A stretch of DNA of 64,000 bases, from assembly GCA_950097015.1 (NCBI GenBank), contig CATNEN010000007.1, positions 7,440,001-7,504,000 on the forward strand, in the 5' to 3' direction. This DNA comes from Macrostomum hystrix (taxonomy: Eukaryota; Animalia; Platyhelminthes). Below are positions 12,569 to 25,196 of the stretch, in pieces. Position numbers and translations under genes: made by a program. The stretch's first letter is position 1; every line of letters begins with the position of its first letter. The notes below the pieces were generated by a model. The model ran no database searches and was not told where the DNA came from. It saw only the letters and a list, made by a program, of their open reading frames with translations.

Positions 12569-12572
12569 CCAT
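12569..12572 (-). CDS. Class A GPCR, putative first coding segment (ATGG)
   Basis: Minus strand reads ...ggcATGG|gtaagt, a strong phase-1 donor. Gives M-A-SAKKQF, with an in-frame stop upstream. Total CDS is 4+318+1559 = 1881 nt (626 aa plus stop). Confidence 0.6.
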
Positions 12573-13124
12573 GCCGCAGCGAGTCCAGATAATTTCCGAG
12601 TTACAACGAGTTATTTATGACTTAATGACGAGGTTGAAAAAACTAGCCAGCTGTCTTGCGCTGCCAGGCGCGTCGTGTTTTAAGAACCCTTTCTCCTGTC
12701 TGACACAGTCTGCAGCTGAGATTAAACTACCGCGTCTTTTTCTGCCCCCGTCATCTCCACCCTCCCATCCACCCCAACCGCTCCAATCTCGACCGGCTGG
12801 CCAATCGCGCCAGGCGCAGTCCCGACTGATCGGCACTTAATTATTATTTCCCTAGCCTCCGTCACCTGACAGGAGCCCACCCTCCGCGCCTTGTCCTTCC
12901 GTATCCCTTCATCATCCTAGCATCCTGGCTTCCCATATGTCATCCGCAGGCTTGTAAGCAGACGCTTCTTTTTCACGGTCCCTCTCGGGTTTCATTCATC
13001 GCTTATCGTTTCCGAGAATCGTTGTTTACCTTTGTCACGCTTTCCATTCTTAATCGCTTCTCTATCCTTACTTTTAGCCTTGTCTCACAAAGGTCTCTGT
13101 TCCCTACCTCTCCTCCTACTCATC

Positions 13125-13345
13125 GTCTCCTCTCTTCCCTGCCTCTCAGTCTCTTCTTATTCTCCCATCTCCTCTCTTCCCTGCCTCTCAGTCTCTTCTT
13201 ATTCTCCCCTCTCCTCTCTTCCCTGCCTCTCAGTCTCTACTTATTCTCCCCCTCTCCTCTCTTCCCTGCCTCTCAGTCTCTTCTTATTCTCTCATCTCCT
13301 CTTTTCCCTGCCTCTCAGTCTCTACTTATTCTCCCCCTCTCCTCT
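13125..13345. repeat. About 42-bp pyrimidine-rich tandem repeat
   Basis: CCTCTCTTCCCTGCCTCTCAGTCTCT... about 5 copies. Confidence 0.85.
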
Positions 13346-14304
13346 CTTTCTGTCTATATCCAATTCCCGATTGCCCTCATATCTCCACCATGTTTTATAT
13401 AATTTTACTAATTCTGTTTTCTGAATTTCCTCTGTCAGGCATTTCCGATCTTCCATTCAATTGTGGCAGTTCTGCCAAATCTCGACTGTCGCAGCGTGAC
13501 AGACCCTTTCAAGACAGTTTATGAGCAACCGGATGTCGACTCGACACACTTTATTTCGCTATTCCTGCATGCGCGTCCGCTTCTTTTGCGCTTTGTTATA
13601 TTTGATTGCGACTGCCAGCCAGCAGGGCCAGCATTTCATTCGCTTTCTACTTTCTGTTCGACGCGCAGCTTGATGAGAATTCTTTTGTTTTTCTCTTCCC
13701 CGCCCATTCAGCCACTCCAAACCATCCACCCCAGACCTCATCATGAGCTTCATCACGGCTAAAAGCTCCCGAGCTCCGAGCTACCCGTTGAGACGCCGAG
13801 AAAAGGCAGCTGATATTGCATTTTCCACTGCCTTCTGCCTGATATTCAATAACGGCCTCTCATATTCTAGACTTTATTGTTCTGGCGAGTTGGGTTGGGA
13901 ACGCAATGAGTACTGCTCAGCATAGATCAGGCGCAGACAAAAGCAGCCGTGCCCAATGTCTGAGTCCGCGGGCCCTCGGATGGTTAAAAGCCTAATTAAT
14001 GTGCGGCTTTTCCACCGTAGCAAAAACATATCATATCTGCCTCTTAATAGCTTTCCCTACGGGGGATAATATTCCCAAATTGGGGAGCAGACATCGATGA
14101 GACGCAGCCCGTCTGCTCAGCAGCGCCCCGCCCCGCCATGGATATTGGAGACAGCGTGTTTTTGCTTCACCCTCATCAGAACAGAAGCATTGGCTGGCAT
14201 CATCAAGGGAATTGGGTTGCATGCGAACTAGAGAGAATTTTCATTTAATGCCTTTTTGAGGTGGCTGCAGTTTAAGGAGGCAGCTTAGCACTTGAATCTT
14301 ATCA

Positions 14305-15667
14305 CAGTGAGGGCGAGTGACGGGTGAGAGTGAGTGCCGGTGAGAGTGAGTGACGTGTGAGAGTGAGTGACGTGTGAGAGTGAGTGCCGGTGAGAGTGAG
14401 TGCCGGTGAGAGTGAGTGCCGGTGAGAGTGAGTGCCGGTGAGAGTGAGTGCCGGTGAGAGTGAGTGCCGGTGAGAGTGAGTGCCGGTGAGAGTGAGTGCC
14501 GGTGAGAGTGAGTGCCGGTGAGAGTGAGTGCCGGTGAGAGTGAGTGCCGGTGAGAGTGAGTGCCGGTGAGAGTGAGTGCCGGTGAGAGTGAGTGCCGGTG
14601 AGAGTGAATGTCGTGTGAGAGTGAGTGACGAGTGAGAATGAGGGTTAGGTGAGAGTGAGGGATGGGTGAGAGGGAGGGATGGGTGAGAGTGAGGGATGGG
14701 TGAGAGTGAGGGATGGGTGAGAGTGAGGGATGGGTGAGAGTGAGGGATGGGTGAGAGTGAGGGATGGGTGAGAGTGAGGGATGGGTGAGAGTGAGGGATG
14801 GGTGAGAGTGAGTGATAGCTGAGAGTGAGGGATGGGTGAGAGTGAGGGATGGGTGAGAGGAGGGATGGGTGAGAGGGAGGGATGGGTGAGAGGGAGGGAT
14901 GGGTGAGAGTGAGTGATAGCTGAGAGTGAGGGATGGGTGAGAGTGAGTGATAGCTGAGAGTGAGGGATGGGTGAGAGTGAGGGATGGGTGAGAGTGAGGG
15001 ATGGGTGAGAGTGAGGGATGGGTGAGAGTGAGTGATAGCTGAGAGTGAGGGATGGGTGAGAGTGAGGGATGGGTGAGAGGAGGGATGGGTGAGAGGGAGG
15101 GATGGGTGAGAGGGAGGGATGGGTGAGAGTGAGTGATAGCTGAGAGTGAGGGATGGGTGAGAGTGGGTGATAGCTGAGAGTGAGGGATGGGTGAGAGTGA
15201 GGGATGGGTGAGAGGAGGGATGGGTGAGAGTGAGTGATAGCTGAGAGTGAGGCTGAAAGTGAGAGTGAGGGATGGGTGAGAGTGAGGGATGGGTGAGAGT
15301 GAGGGATGGGTGAGAGTGAGTGATAGCTGAGAGTGAGGCTGAAAGTGAGAGTGAGGGATGGGTGAGAGTGAGTGATAGCTGAGAGTGAGTGATAGCTGAG
15401 AGTGAGGCTGAAAGTGAGAGTGAGGGATGGGTGAGAGTGAGTGATAGCTGAGAGTGAGTGATAGCTGAGAGTGAGGCTGAAAGTGAGAGTGAGGGATGGG
15501 TGAGAGTGAGTGATAGCTGAGAGTGAGTGATAGCTGAGAGTGAGGCTGAAAGTGAGAGTGAGGGATGGGTGAGAGTGAGGGATGGGTGAGAGTGAGTGAT
15601 AGCTGAGAGTGAGTGATAGCTGAAAGTGAGTGATAGCTGAGAGTGAGGCTGAAAGTGAGAGTGAGGT
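14305..15667. repeat. Compound 16/17-bp minisatellite (TGAGAGTGAGTGCCGG, then TGAGAGTGAGGGATGGG and TGAGAGTGAGTGATAGC)
   Basis: Tandem repeats with unit switches. Confidence 0.95.
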
Positions 15668-18119
15668 ATGGCGGAAATTAATTATTGCCTGCTCTTTCTC
15701 GATATCCGTTTCATCGAGAAACGCAGCGATGTTATTGCGACATGCCTTTCATTAGTGAGATTACGAGCTCTTAAATATTCTAGCACTAACTTGACTTAAA
15801 TGACCCATCTCCATTTATGCGCCCACATATTTCCTTTGTAGGGCACTAAGTAGATTAAAACTGTTTTAAGTTGAATATTTTTTCTTTTGCTTTTTTGTAC
15901 CTAAAATCAAAGAGATTATTAAATAACCTTCAGGTTCTCCTTTACCATTTGCACCGTAGCCGGTGTATGCAATCCGTGCTTATAGTCACTGGTTTGAGTA
16001 TTCAGAGCTCATTAATCCCAGTTGAATCAAAGGTAAATATGTTCGAGCGTATTTTTACTTATAAGCGCTTTTGGACTGGAGGAGTCTGTCAGTCCACACT
16101 CCACAGGGCTAGTCATCTATGGTCCACTGTGGATTTCACTGTCAAATGTACATTATAAGATAAAGCCTTCACCCAACCCTTCCCCTCAATGTACACTGGC
16201 TAATAAAACCTCTCTTCACACTCCGCCCTGTCCTAAATGTACATTTGATGTACATCATGTACATTAGCCAAGAATGGTCCTCTCCACTCAGTCTTAGGTC
16301 TACATACACTGATCCTGTCGAGGCAAGCAATTTGCAACCCAACATTCTTCTGTTCTGACCTTGCTCCTCGTGTACACGTCAATATTTTGGCCAATTTTCT
16401 TTAAGCACAAGCATATGCATCTGACAACAACATGAGATGCTCAGAACACAAGGCTAAGGCTTCTAGACGGTCGCAATGTTTCTGCAATCTTCTACAGAGA
16501 CAATCAATTCTATACTTTGTCCCGCTTCTGCCACAAAGTAGCAGGGCGTATGGAGCGTACAGCGGCAAAAGTAGACTCGTGAATTAATTTGAATTACGGC
16601 TTCATAGTCACCAAGCGAATTAACCCGTCTGAACGGATTGCAGCTTCTCGATTAAGTTGGAAATGTGAAGGCACGCGCGAGAGAAATGACGAACAGACGA
16701 GAAAATTAAAGAAGAGTTTAGGCAGGGGCGCGGCTAGATAGCAAACAACTAAACATAACGAAGCGCCCCTAGGATATCGCGAGCCTACGCAGCTTCGCCA
16801 TGATTTCCCTCGTGCCACATTCGCGCTGACTCCGCGTTCCCACGCGCCACTCCCGCTAATTAGAGGATAACAGATGAGTTGAAGCGCTCGGGGGTTTTCG
16901 AACAGGTGCGAGAATCGGGTTAGAAGTGCGAAGCTTCCCTTATCAAATCTATTAGTATAATGTTCACAGCTTCCTTATTTGCCTACTTGCGTAGGTGGCC
17001 GCGTTGGCTTTAACTTACTACTCACAAAAACTTATGAGTAGAAATGCGCAATTTTTTTTGCTTTTGCATTTATGAAAAACTAAAACTAAAGTACAATTAG
17101 TAAGAATCAACAAAAAGTATTACTTAGCCAGGCAATTCCAAGCCAGGCAATCAATTGAAAGCAAGCTCTATATATTTTTTGCTTCCTTCCAATGACAGTG
17201 ACATCTGAATAGCAGCTGTTCTATTCGAGCAGGATCGCGTATGTGTTAGGAATAGCGGGAGTTATCCACCAGCTAATGAGAGCCTGTGTCCATGCACGCA
17301 ACACAGAATGGGAACATGCAACCGAGAATTATCCTATTCTAAGCCAGTCTGTCCCCATAGCCGTTCCTGTACTTGTGTGCAAGACGCACGCTTCCACACA
17401 AGACACAAACACACAATGCGGACTCAGGGAGGGCATTTGAGCAGACAAATGCCTTGCTGCTGGCTCCGCGCCCTCACCTGCCCGCCCGCCCGCCCGCCCG
17501 CCCGCTCTCAGTTCTCCAAATCTCAAAGCCCTCCATCACAAAAGAGAATCCAGTTCGCGCCTCTTGTGTGCAGCCGGCCTGTCCCGTGATGTGAAAGCCA
17601 ATCTCTTTTGTCAATATCCATCTTCTCTTCCCAAATCCCTGCGCGCCGCACTTCTGCACTTGAGAGGATGCAAAAACAAAAGAGGAACAAAATCTGACGG
17701 GTAAGATGAGCCGCTCGCTCTGTTATGGGCTCGGGGATTCGCGAAATCCCAGCTTACCTGGCTAGATCTCGATCCCCGGATCCCGGATAAGGCTGACTCG
17801 AGTGCTGTGGGATCTTCAATCCATGCACTTTCAATGCCGTGCGATGCGATACCTTATTGACTTCTGATAATACCAGCATTTGCTTGCACCTTTATCAGAT
17901 TTCATTTGTATCGGATAAAAACTACCTGCCATTCATTTCGAGCTGAGATATCAGGCCAAACACGAATGCGGTTCAAACTGTGGACAAAAATATTCTGTTA
18001 GAAGTCTCAATCGTAGCAGGAAACAGAGCTCAACAGGATCTTAACAGGAACTCAAGCTATAATCATACGAGTATATCATATAATCATATAATCATATAAT
18101 AATTAGGTCTCGTAATAGA

Positions 18120-18900
18120 AGCCATGGAGCTAGAATCGTAACAGGGACTGTAGCTAGAATCGTAACAAGGACTGGAGCTAGAATCGTAACAGGGACTGTA
18201 GCTAGAATCGTAACAAGGACTGGAGCTAGAATCGTAACAGGGACTGTAGCTAGAATCGTAACAAGGACTGGAGCTAGAATCGTAACAGGGACTGTAGCTA
18301 GAATCGTAACAAGGACTGGAGCTAGAATCGTAACAGGGACTGTAGCTAGAATCGTAACAAGGACTGGAGCTAGAATCGTAACAGGGACTGTAGCTAGAAT
18401 CGTAACAAGGACTGGAGCTAGAATCGTAACAGGGACTGTAGCTAGAATCGTAACAAGGACTGGAGCTAGAATCGTAACAGGGACTGTAGCTAGAATCGTA
18501 ACAAGGACTGGAGCTAGAATCGTAACAGGGACTGTAGCTAGAATCGTAACAAGGACTGTAGCTAGAATCGTAACAGGGACTGTAGCTAGAATCGTAACAA
18601 GGACTGTAGCTAGAATCGTAACAAGGACTGTAGCTAGAATCGTATAAGGAATTGTAGCTATAAGAATCATAATAGGAACCGAAGCTGGAATCGCAGCAGG
18701 AACCGAAGCAAGAATCGCAGCAGGAACCGAAGCTAGAATCACAGCAGGAACCGAAGCTAGAATCGCCACAAGAACTACAGCCAGAATCGTAACACAAACC
18801 GTAGCTAGAATCGTAGAAGAAATCGTTGCTATAAGAATCATAATAGGAATCGCAGCTAGAATCGCAGCGGGATCCATAGCTAGCATCATAACAGGAAATG
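18120..18900. repeat. 24-bp GCTAGAATC-family minisatellite with an alternating 48-bp dimer
   Basis: GGGACTGTAGCTAGAATCGTAACA alternates with AGGACTGGAGCTAGAATCGTAACA. Confidence 0.9.
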
Positions 18901-19541
18901 CAGCTTCCAGCAAAGAATGAATTCAATGTGGTTTTAACAAATTTAACTTAGGTATTTACGTCATTTGTCACGAAATCCCCGTACATTATAAGTTGAGACA
19001 CTTTTAATGTGCCGAAATTCAGCTGGAAAAAAGAAAAGAGCAATTTTACAATTCTCAAGTCCCCCCCGAAAAATTCTCTGGAGCCTGCGGTGACACCGAT
19101 AGGAAAAATGAAGAAAGCATTTTCAGGATGAGAAAATCAATTTCAGAAATCTACTCCACGGTGCTGCCACTCAACTGAAGTGAATTCCCGTCTCCACTCA
19201 AATCCAATCAGTACCTGCCTGAGTCCGTTGTCAACTGGTACGGGCCTGAGACAGAGAGGATTATTTTCCCCTCATGCCTCTATTTTTCCCATCCTCTGTG
19301 CAGCCTAGGCGGCCCGTCATTTGCTAGCCAAGCCAAGAGTTTTGGGGTGGGGATTGCAGAATCCCAAACTGCCCTCCCCAAAACAGTCTCATCCCAATAT
19401 CCAGGATTCCCACGCCAGTCCAGCTTAAAGTTTACCTTTCCTTGTTTCTGTACGCACGAGAAGTTCTTAAAGAAAACAATTAGAATACTTCCTGCAGCCG
19501 CATTATTATCCAACGCACATGGGCCAGGCCTCCCATGTGCG

Positions 19542-19587
19542 ATGCCTGGCAGCCTGCTGTGCTTTGGCCTGCTAGCAGCTGCCTTCA
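19542..19587 (+). CDS. FN3/DUF4808-like membrane protein, putative exon 1 (signal peptide)
   Basis: ATG...MPGSLLCFGLLAAAF followed by A|gtgagt, a phase-1 donor. Hydrophobic leader that joins 22187 in frame. Confidence 0.55.
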
Positions 19588-19667
19588 GTGAGTCCCGTTT
19601 CAGATTATCTGTTGGGCCATAGACTCAAGTGTACAGAACCTTTCTTGACTCGAGCGGGAGAATAATG

Positions 19668-20527
19668 GCAAGAATCGAAGCAGGAACCGAAGCTAGAATC
19701 ACAGCAGGAACCGAAGCTAGAATCCCAGCAGGAACCGAAGCAAGAATCGCAGCAGGAAACGTAGCTAGAAACTCAGCAGGAATCGTAGCTAGAAACTCAG
19801 CAGGAACCGCAGCTAGAATCGCAGCAGGAAACGTAGCTAGAAACTCAGCAGGAACCGTAAGCCAGAGTCACAGCAGGAACCGCAGCTAGAATCGCAGCAG
19901 GAATTGCAGCTAGAATCACAGCAGGAAACGAAGCTAGAATCGCAGTAGGAACCGCAGCTAGAAAATCAGCAGGAACCGAAGCAAGAATCGCAGTAGGAAC
20001 CGTAGCTAGAAACTCAGCAGGAACCGTAAGCCAGAGTCACAGCAGGAACCGCAGCTAGAATCACAGCAGGAACCGCAGCTAGAATCACAGCAGGAACCGC
20101 AGCTAGAATCACAGCAGGAAACCGAAGCTAGAATCGCAGCAGGAACCGAAGCAAGAATCGAAGCAGGAACCGAAGCTAGAATCCCAGCAGGAACCGCAGC
20201 TAGAATCCCAGCAGGAACCGCAGCTAGAATCATAGTAGGAACCGAAGCTGGAATTGCAGCAGGAACCGCAGCTAGAATCACAGCAGGAACCGAAGCTAGA
20301 ATCACAGCAGGAACCGAAGCTAGAATCACAGCAGGAACCGAAGCTAGAATCACAGCAGGAACCGAAGCTAGAATCCCAGCAGGAACCGTAAGCCAGAGTC
20401 ACAGCAGGAACCGCAGCTAGAATCGCAGCAGGAACCGCAGCTAGAATCACAGCAGGAACCGAAGCTAGAATCGCAGCAGGAACCGTAGCTAGAATCGCAG
20501 CAGGAACCGCAGCTAGAATCGCAGCAA
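19668..20527. repeat. 24-bp GCTAGAATC-family minisatellite GCAGCTAGAATCACAGCAGGAACC
   Basis: Tandem repeats. Confidence 0.92.
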
Positions 20528-20702
20528 TAATCTTCAATCTTCAACTGCAATAATCTTAGCAGTTAAAACATTAAATTCGGTATCGATGCCATGATATAGG
20601 AAGTTTAAAGCTATCTTTAAGTCTGTCGAAAGAATAAGGAAAGAAATTTGTCGCATAAATCTCATAAAAGGGTTTGGAATTAAAAAAATTAAATTTATTT
20701 AA

Positions 20703-21905
20703 GAACTCATTGAACTCATGAAGTCCCCATTGAACTCATGAAGTCCCCATCGAACTCATGAATTCCCCATTGAACTCAAGAAGCCCCCATTGAACTCATG
20801 AAGTCCCCATTGAACTCATGAAGCCCCCATTGAACTCATGAAGTCCCCATTGAACTCATGAATTCCCCATTGAACTCAAGAAGCCCCCATTGAACTCAAG
20901 AAGCCCCCATTGAACTCATGAAGTCCCCATTGAACTCAAGGAGCCCCATTGAACTCATGAAGTCCCCATTGAACTCATGAAGTCCCCATTGAACTCAAGA
21001 AGCCCCATTGAACTCATGAAGCCCCCATTGAACTCAAGAAGCCCCATTGAACTCATGAAGCCCCCATTGAACTCATGAAGTCCCCATTGAACTCATGAAT
21101 TCCCCATTGAACTCATGAAGTCCCCATTGAACTCATGAAGTCCCCATTGAACTCATGAAGTCCCCATTGAACTCATGAAGTCCCTATTAAACTCAAGAAG
21201 CCCCCATTGAACTCATGAATTCCCAATAGAACTCAAGAAGCCCCATTGAACTCATGAAGTCCCCATTGAACTCATGAAGTCCCTATTGAACTCATGAAGT
21301 CCCCATTGAACTCATGAAGTCCCCATTGAACTCATGAAGTCCCTATTGAACTCAAGAAGCCCCCATTGAACTCATGAAGTCCCCATTGAACTCAAGAAGC
21401 CCCATTGAACTCATGAAGTCCCCATTGAACTCATGAAGTCCCTATTGAACTCATGAAGTCCCCATTGAACTCATGAAGTCCCTATTGAACTCATGAAGTC
21501 CCCATTGAACTCAAGAAGCCCCATTGAACTCATGAAGCCCCCATTGAACTCATGAAGTCCCCATTGAACTCATGAATTCCCCATTGAACTCATGAAGTCC
21601 CCAGTGAACTCATGAAGTCCCCATTGAACTCATGAAGTCCCCATTGAACTCAAGAAGCCCCCATTGAACTCAAGAAGCCCCCATTGAACTCATGAAGTCC
21701 CCATTGAACTCATGAAGTCCCTATTGAACTCATGAAGTCCCCATTGAACTCAAGAAGCCCCATTGAACTCATGAAGCCCCCATTGAACTCATGAAGTCCC
21801 CATTGAACTCATGAATTCCCCATTGAACTCATGAAGTCCCCAGTGAACTCATGAAGTCCCCATTGAACTCATGAAGTCCCCATCATGAAGTCCCCATTGA
21901 ACTCA
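20703..21905. repeat. 20-bp minisatellite TGAACTCATGAAGTCCCCAT
   Basis: About 60 tandem copies. Confidence 0.95.
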
Positions 21906-22186
21906 ATTACAGCTCCCTCATTCCTTTAGAAGATCAAGCTACTAATGTAGGCTACTATTAGTAGTGAAGAAAAAAATATTAATTCTTAACTATGTCCGAC
22001 AGGCAGCAAAGAAAATGAGCTGGCAATTTCTAACCCCTTTCTAATGTTTCGCATTCCTCAGCCAATGAGAGGAACTCTGAGGCCTCTGAAAAGAAAGAGA
22101 TTGGCAACGGAGATCTACTTCAGGCTTGACAAGTTTACATGTCAATCCTACCTCATTATCAGATCTACAGTCACATTCGTTCCTAG

Positions 22187-22621
22187 AAGCAGCAGAAGCA
22201 GCGGCAGCAGCAACCCAGTCTCTGGCTTGTCAACACCGACTGCAGCTGCGGGCCTACTCCGCGCCGGCTTCGGGCTCTTCGTCAACCTCTGCGCTACTCC
22301 GCTGGCGGCCGTTGCCGCCGACGGTCCGACGTTACTGCCGGGAGCTCGAGCTGCAGGTGTTCGCCACCAGCGCCAGAGACGACGGGCTCGTCTTGCGCGG
22401 CGTTGAGTACATCAGCTGCGCCTCCAGCGGGCACCGGCTTAACGGACTGCGACCGGTGCGTCTCTACCGGGCCACCGTCTCGGTGCTGCAGGAGCCGTCG
22501 GGTCTGTACTGCCGCTGGCCGGAGACCCTGGCCTTCGGCGTCTGGAATCTGAGCGCCGCCATTGCGGCGACAGCGGCGGCGTCGACTTTCGCGGTCGCTG
22601 ATGTCGGCGTCGGAAACTCCT
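22187..22621 (+). CDS. FN3/DUF4808-like membrane protein, exon 2 (fibronectin type III-like domain)
   Basis: GC-rich open frame between tcctag| and T|gtgagc. The motifs ALLRWRP and HRLNGLRPVRLYRATVSV match the FN3 B-strand Trp and the GLxPxxxYxxxV pattern. Confidence 0.7.
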
Positions 22622-22685
22622 GTGAGCAGTCCGTTTAAATTGACTTTGAGAATGGCAAAGTAGCTGGAAATTGTAAAGCAACATT

Positions 22686-23425
22686 GAGTCCCAAATGACA
22701 GGTAGTCCCAAATGACAGGTAGTCCCGAATGACAGGTAGTCCCAAATGACAGGTAGTCCCAACTGACAAGGTAGTCCCAAATGACAGGTAGTCCCAACTG
22801 ACAAGGTAGTCCCAACTGACAAGGTAGTCCCAACTGACAAGGTAGTCCCAAATTACAGGTAGTCCCGAATGACAGGTAGTCCCAAATGACAGGTAGTCCC
22901 AACTGACAAGGTAGTCCCAACTGACAAGGTAGTCCCAGATTACAGGTAGTCCCAAGTGACAGGTAGTCCCGAAATGACAGGTAGTCCCGAATTACAGGTA
23001 GTCCCAACTGACAGGTAGTCCCAAATGACAGGTAGTCCCAACTGACAAGGTAGTCCCAACTGACAAGGTAGTCCCAACTGACAAGGTAGTCCCAACTGAC
23101 AAGGTAGTCCCAACTGACAAGGTAGTCCCAACTGACAAGGTAGTCCCAAATTACAGGTAGTCCCAAATTACAGGTAGTCCCAAATTACAGGTAGTCCCGA
23201 ATGACAGGTAGTCCCAAATGACAGGTAGTCCCAACTGACAAGGTAGTCCCAACTGACAAGGTAGTCCCAACTGACAAGGTAGTCCCAACTGACAAGGTAG
23301 TCCCAACTGACAAGGTAGTCCCAAATTACAGGTAGTCCCAAATTACAGGTAGTCCCAAGTGACAGGTAGTCCCGAAATGACAGGAGTCCCGAATTACAGG
23401 TAGTCCCAAAGTCCCGAATGACAGT
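22686..23425. repeat. 17/18-bp minisatellite GTAGTCCCAA(C/A)TGACA(A)G
   Basis: Tandem repeats. Confidence 0.95.
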
Positions 23426-24489
23426 TAGTTTTGAAGTTACCAAATGCTCCTAAATAGGTCGCGCATTGTCTGTTCGCCACATTGGAGTATAAATAGCAAT
23501 GTGATCAATCAAAGCGTTATAGTGAGGATTAAATTCAAAGTTAATTTCAGCTGACAGCAATATCCTAGCAACAATGGGAGCCTAAGAAATGATTATGCCG
23601 CAATGATATTTAAAAAAACGGCAAACCCAAGCCGTCGGATACAGCGCTTAATTGGATATTTTAAAAGCGATTTTTTTTCGCATCGACTCCGTTCTCACGG
23701 GCCATCTGCTTCTACAACTCAAAACTCCCAGCCCGCACCTCCTGCCCAGCGACTCGGAAGCGAGACGAGAACCGGAGGATGGGGGCGAGGCCAAGCGTGG
23801 AGATTGCTACACTCGGAGAATCTGGCCGACTTAGCCGCGGGGCCTCGGGGCTGGCGTTGACTTGGCTCCGAGCCGCATTTGAATTGCTTCGTCCACATCA
23901 TTAGGAAGGCTCCTCCTTCCCGCCTGAAGCTGGGCCATGAGGCTAAGCCAAGAGGCCTGGGGTGTGGGTGACGACAGATGTGAGGCGAGAACTACTAGCT
24001 CAAACCGGTTTGAACCGGAATTTCAAGTACTCGATTTTATCCGCGGATGGATGGGGCGTGGCGCCCCTAGGGGGCGGCAGGAATTTTTTTTCCGCGAAAA
24101 ATGAGGAATGGGATGTAGCGAACAAGCTTTTGAACTAAAAATCCCAATGAAAATAACGTCAGAAGGGAAAATGGGTATAGAGACAGACTAGTTGTCAAAG
24201 GGAGAATGCCATTGTGACTGAACCCGTTGCTTTCCGTGGATCGATAACCCTCTTGACGGGGTTGTCACACAATACAATGCGGAGCGCTGCAGATAAGAAA
24301 TGAAGGTCACAGATTAAGCTCATTAAATCATCTAGTGAATTGAAAAGGACTTTATGAACTGAAAAAAACTGTACTGATTTTAGGCGAAATGCGATCCGAA
24401 ATTCTTGAGCAGGACTCAACCCGAATTACACTGAGCACACATTAGTGTGCGAAAAGTACAATGATATAGACTTTCACATCGTAAGATAT

Positions 24490-25000
24490 CGGGAACCGTA
24501 TGCTAAAATCAAAGCAGGAACCGCAGCTAGAATCAGAGCAAGAAACGCAGCTAGAATCACAGCAGGAACCGTAGCTAGAATCACAGCAGGAACCGCAGCT
24601 AGAATCACAGCAGGAACCGCAGCTAGAATCACAGCAGGAACCGCAGCTAGAATCACAGCAGGAACCGAAGCTAGAATCACAGCAGGAACCGCAGCTAGAA
24701 TCAAGTAGGAAACGCAGCTAGAATCACAGTAGGAACCGCAGCTAGAATCGCAGCAGGAACCGTAAGCAAGAATCGCAGCAGGAACCGCAGCTAGAATCGC
24801 AGTAGGAACCGTAAGCAAGAATCGCAGCAGGAACCGCAGCTAGAATCACAGTAGGAACCGTAAGCAAGAATCGCAGCAAGAACCGTAGCTAGAATCGCAG
24901 CTAGAATTGCAGCAGGAACCGTATTATAGAATCGCAGCAGAAACCGCAGCTAGAATCGCAGCAAGAACTGTGGCTAGATTCGCAGCTAGAATCGCAGCAG
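24490..25000. repeat. 24-bp GCTAGAATC-family minisatellite
   Basis: Same unit as 19668-20527. Confidence 0.92.
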
Positions 25001-25196
25001 TAAGCGTTGCTAAATTTTTTAATTCATCGCTAGAGAACTTTTGGGAACGAGCAAAAAATGCTATAATTATAACAGCAGCAAATTGAAGTTTCGTAGAATA
25101 GCTGCATTTGCAATGTACGGCTCGTAGCTTTTTTCCCGTTAGACTCAGTCTTATTTGCCTGTTGTTTATTCATCTGCTCACTGTGCACTTCCGAAG

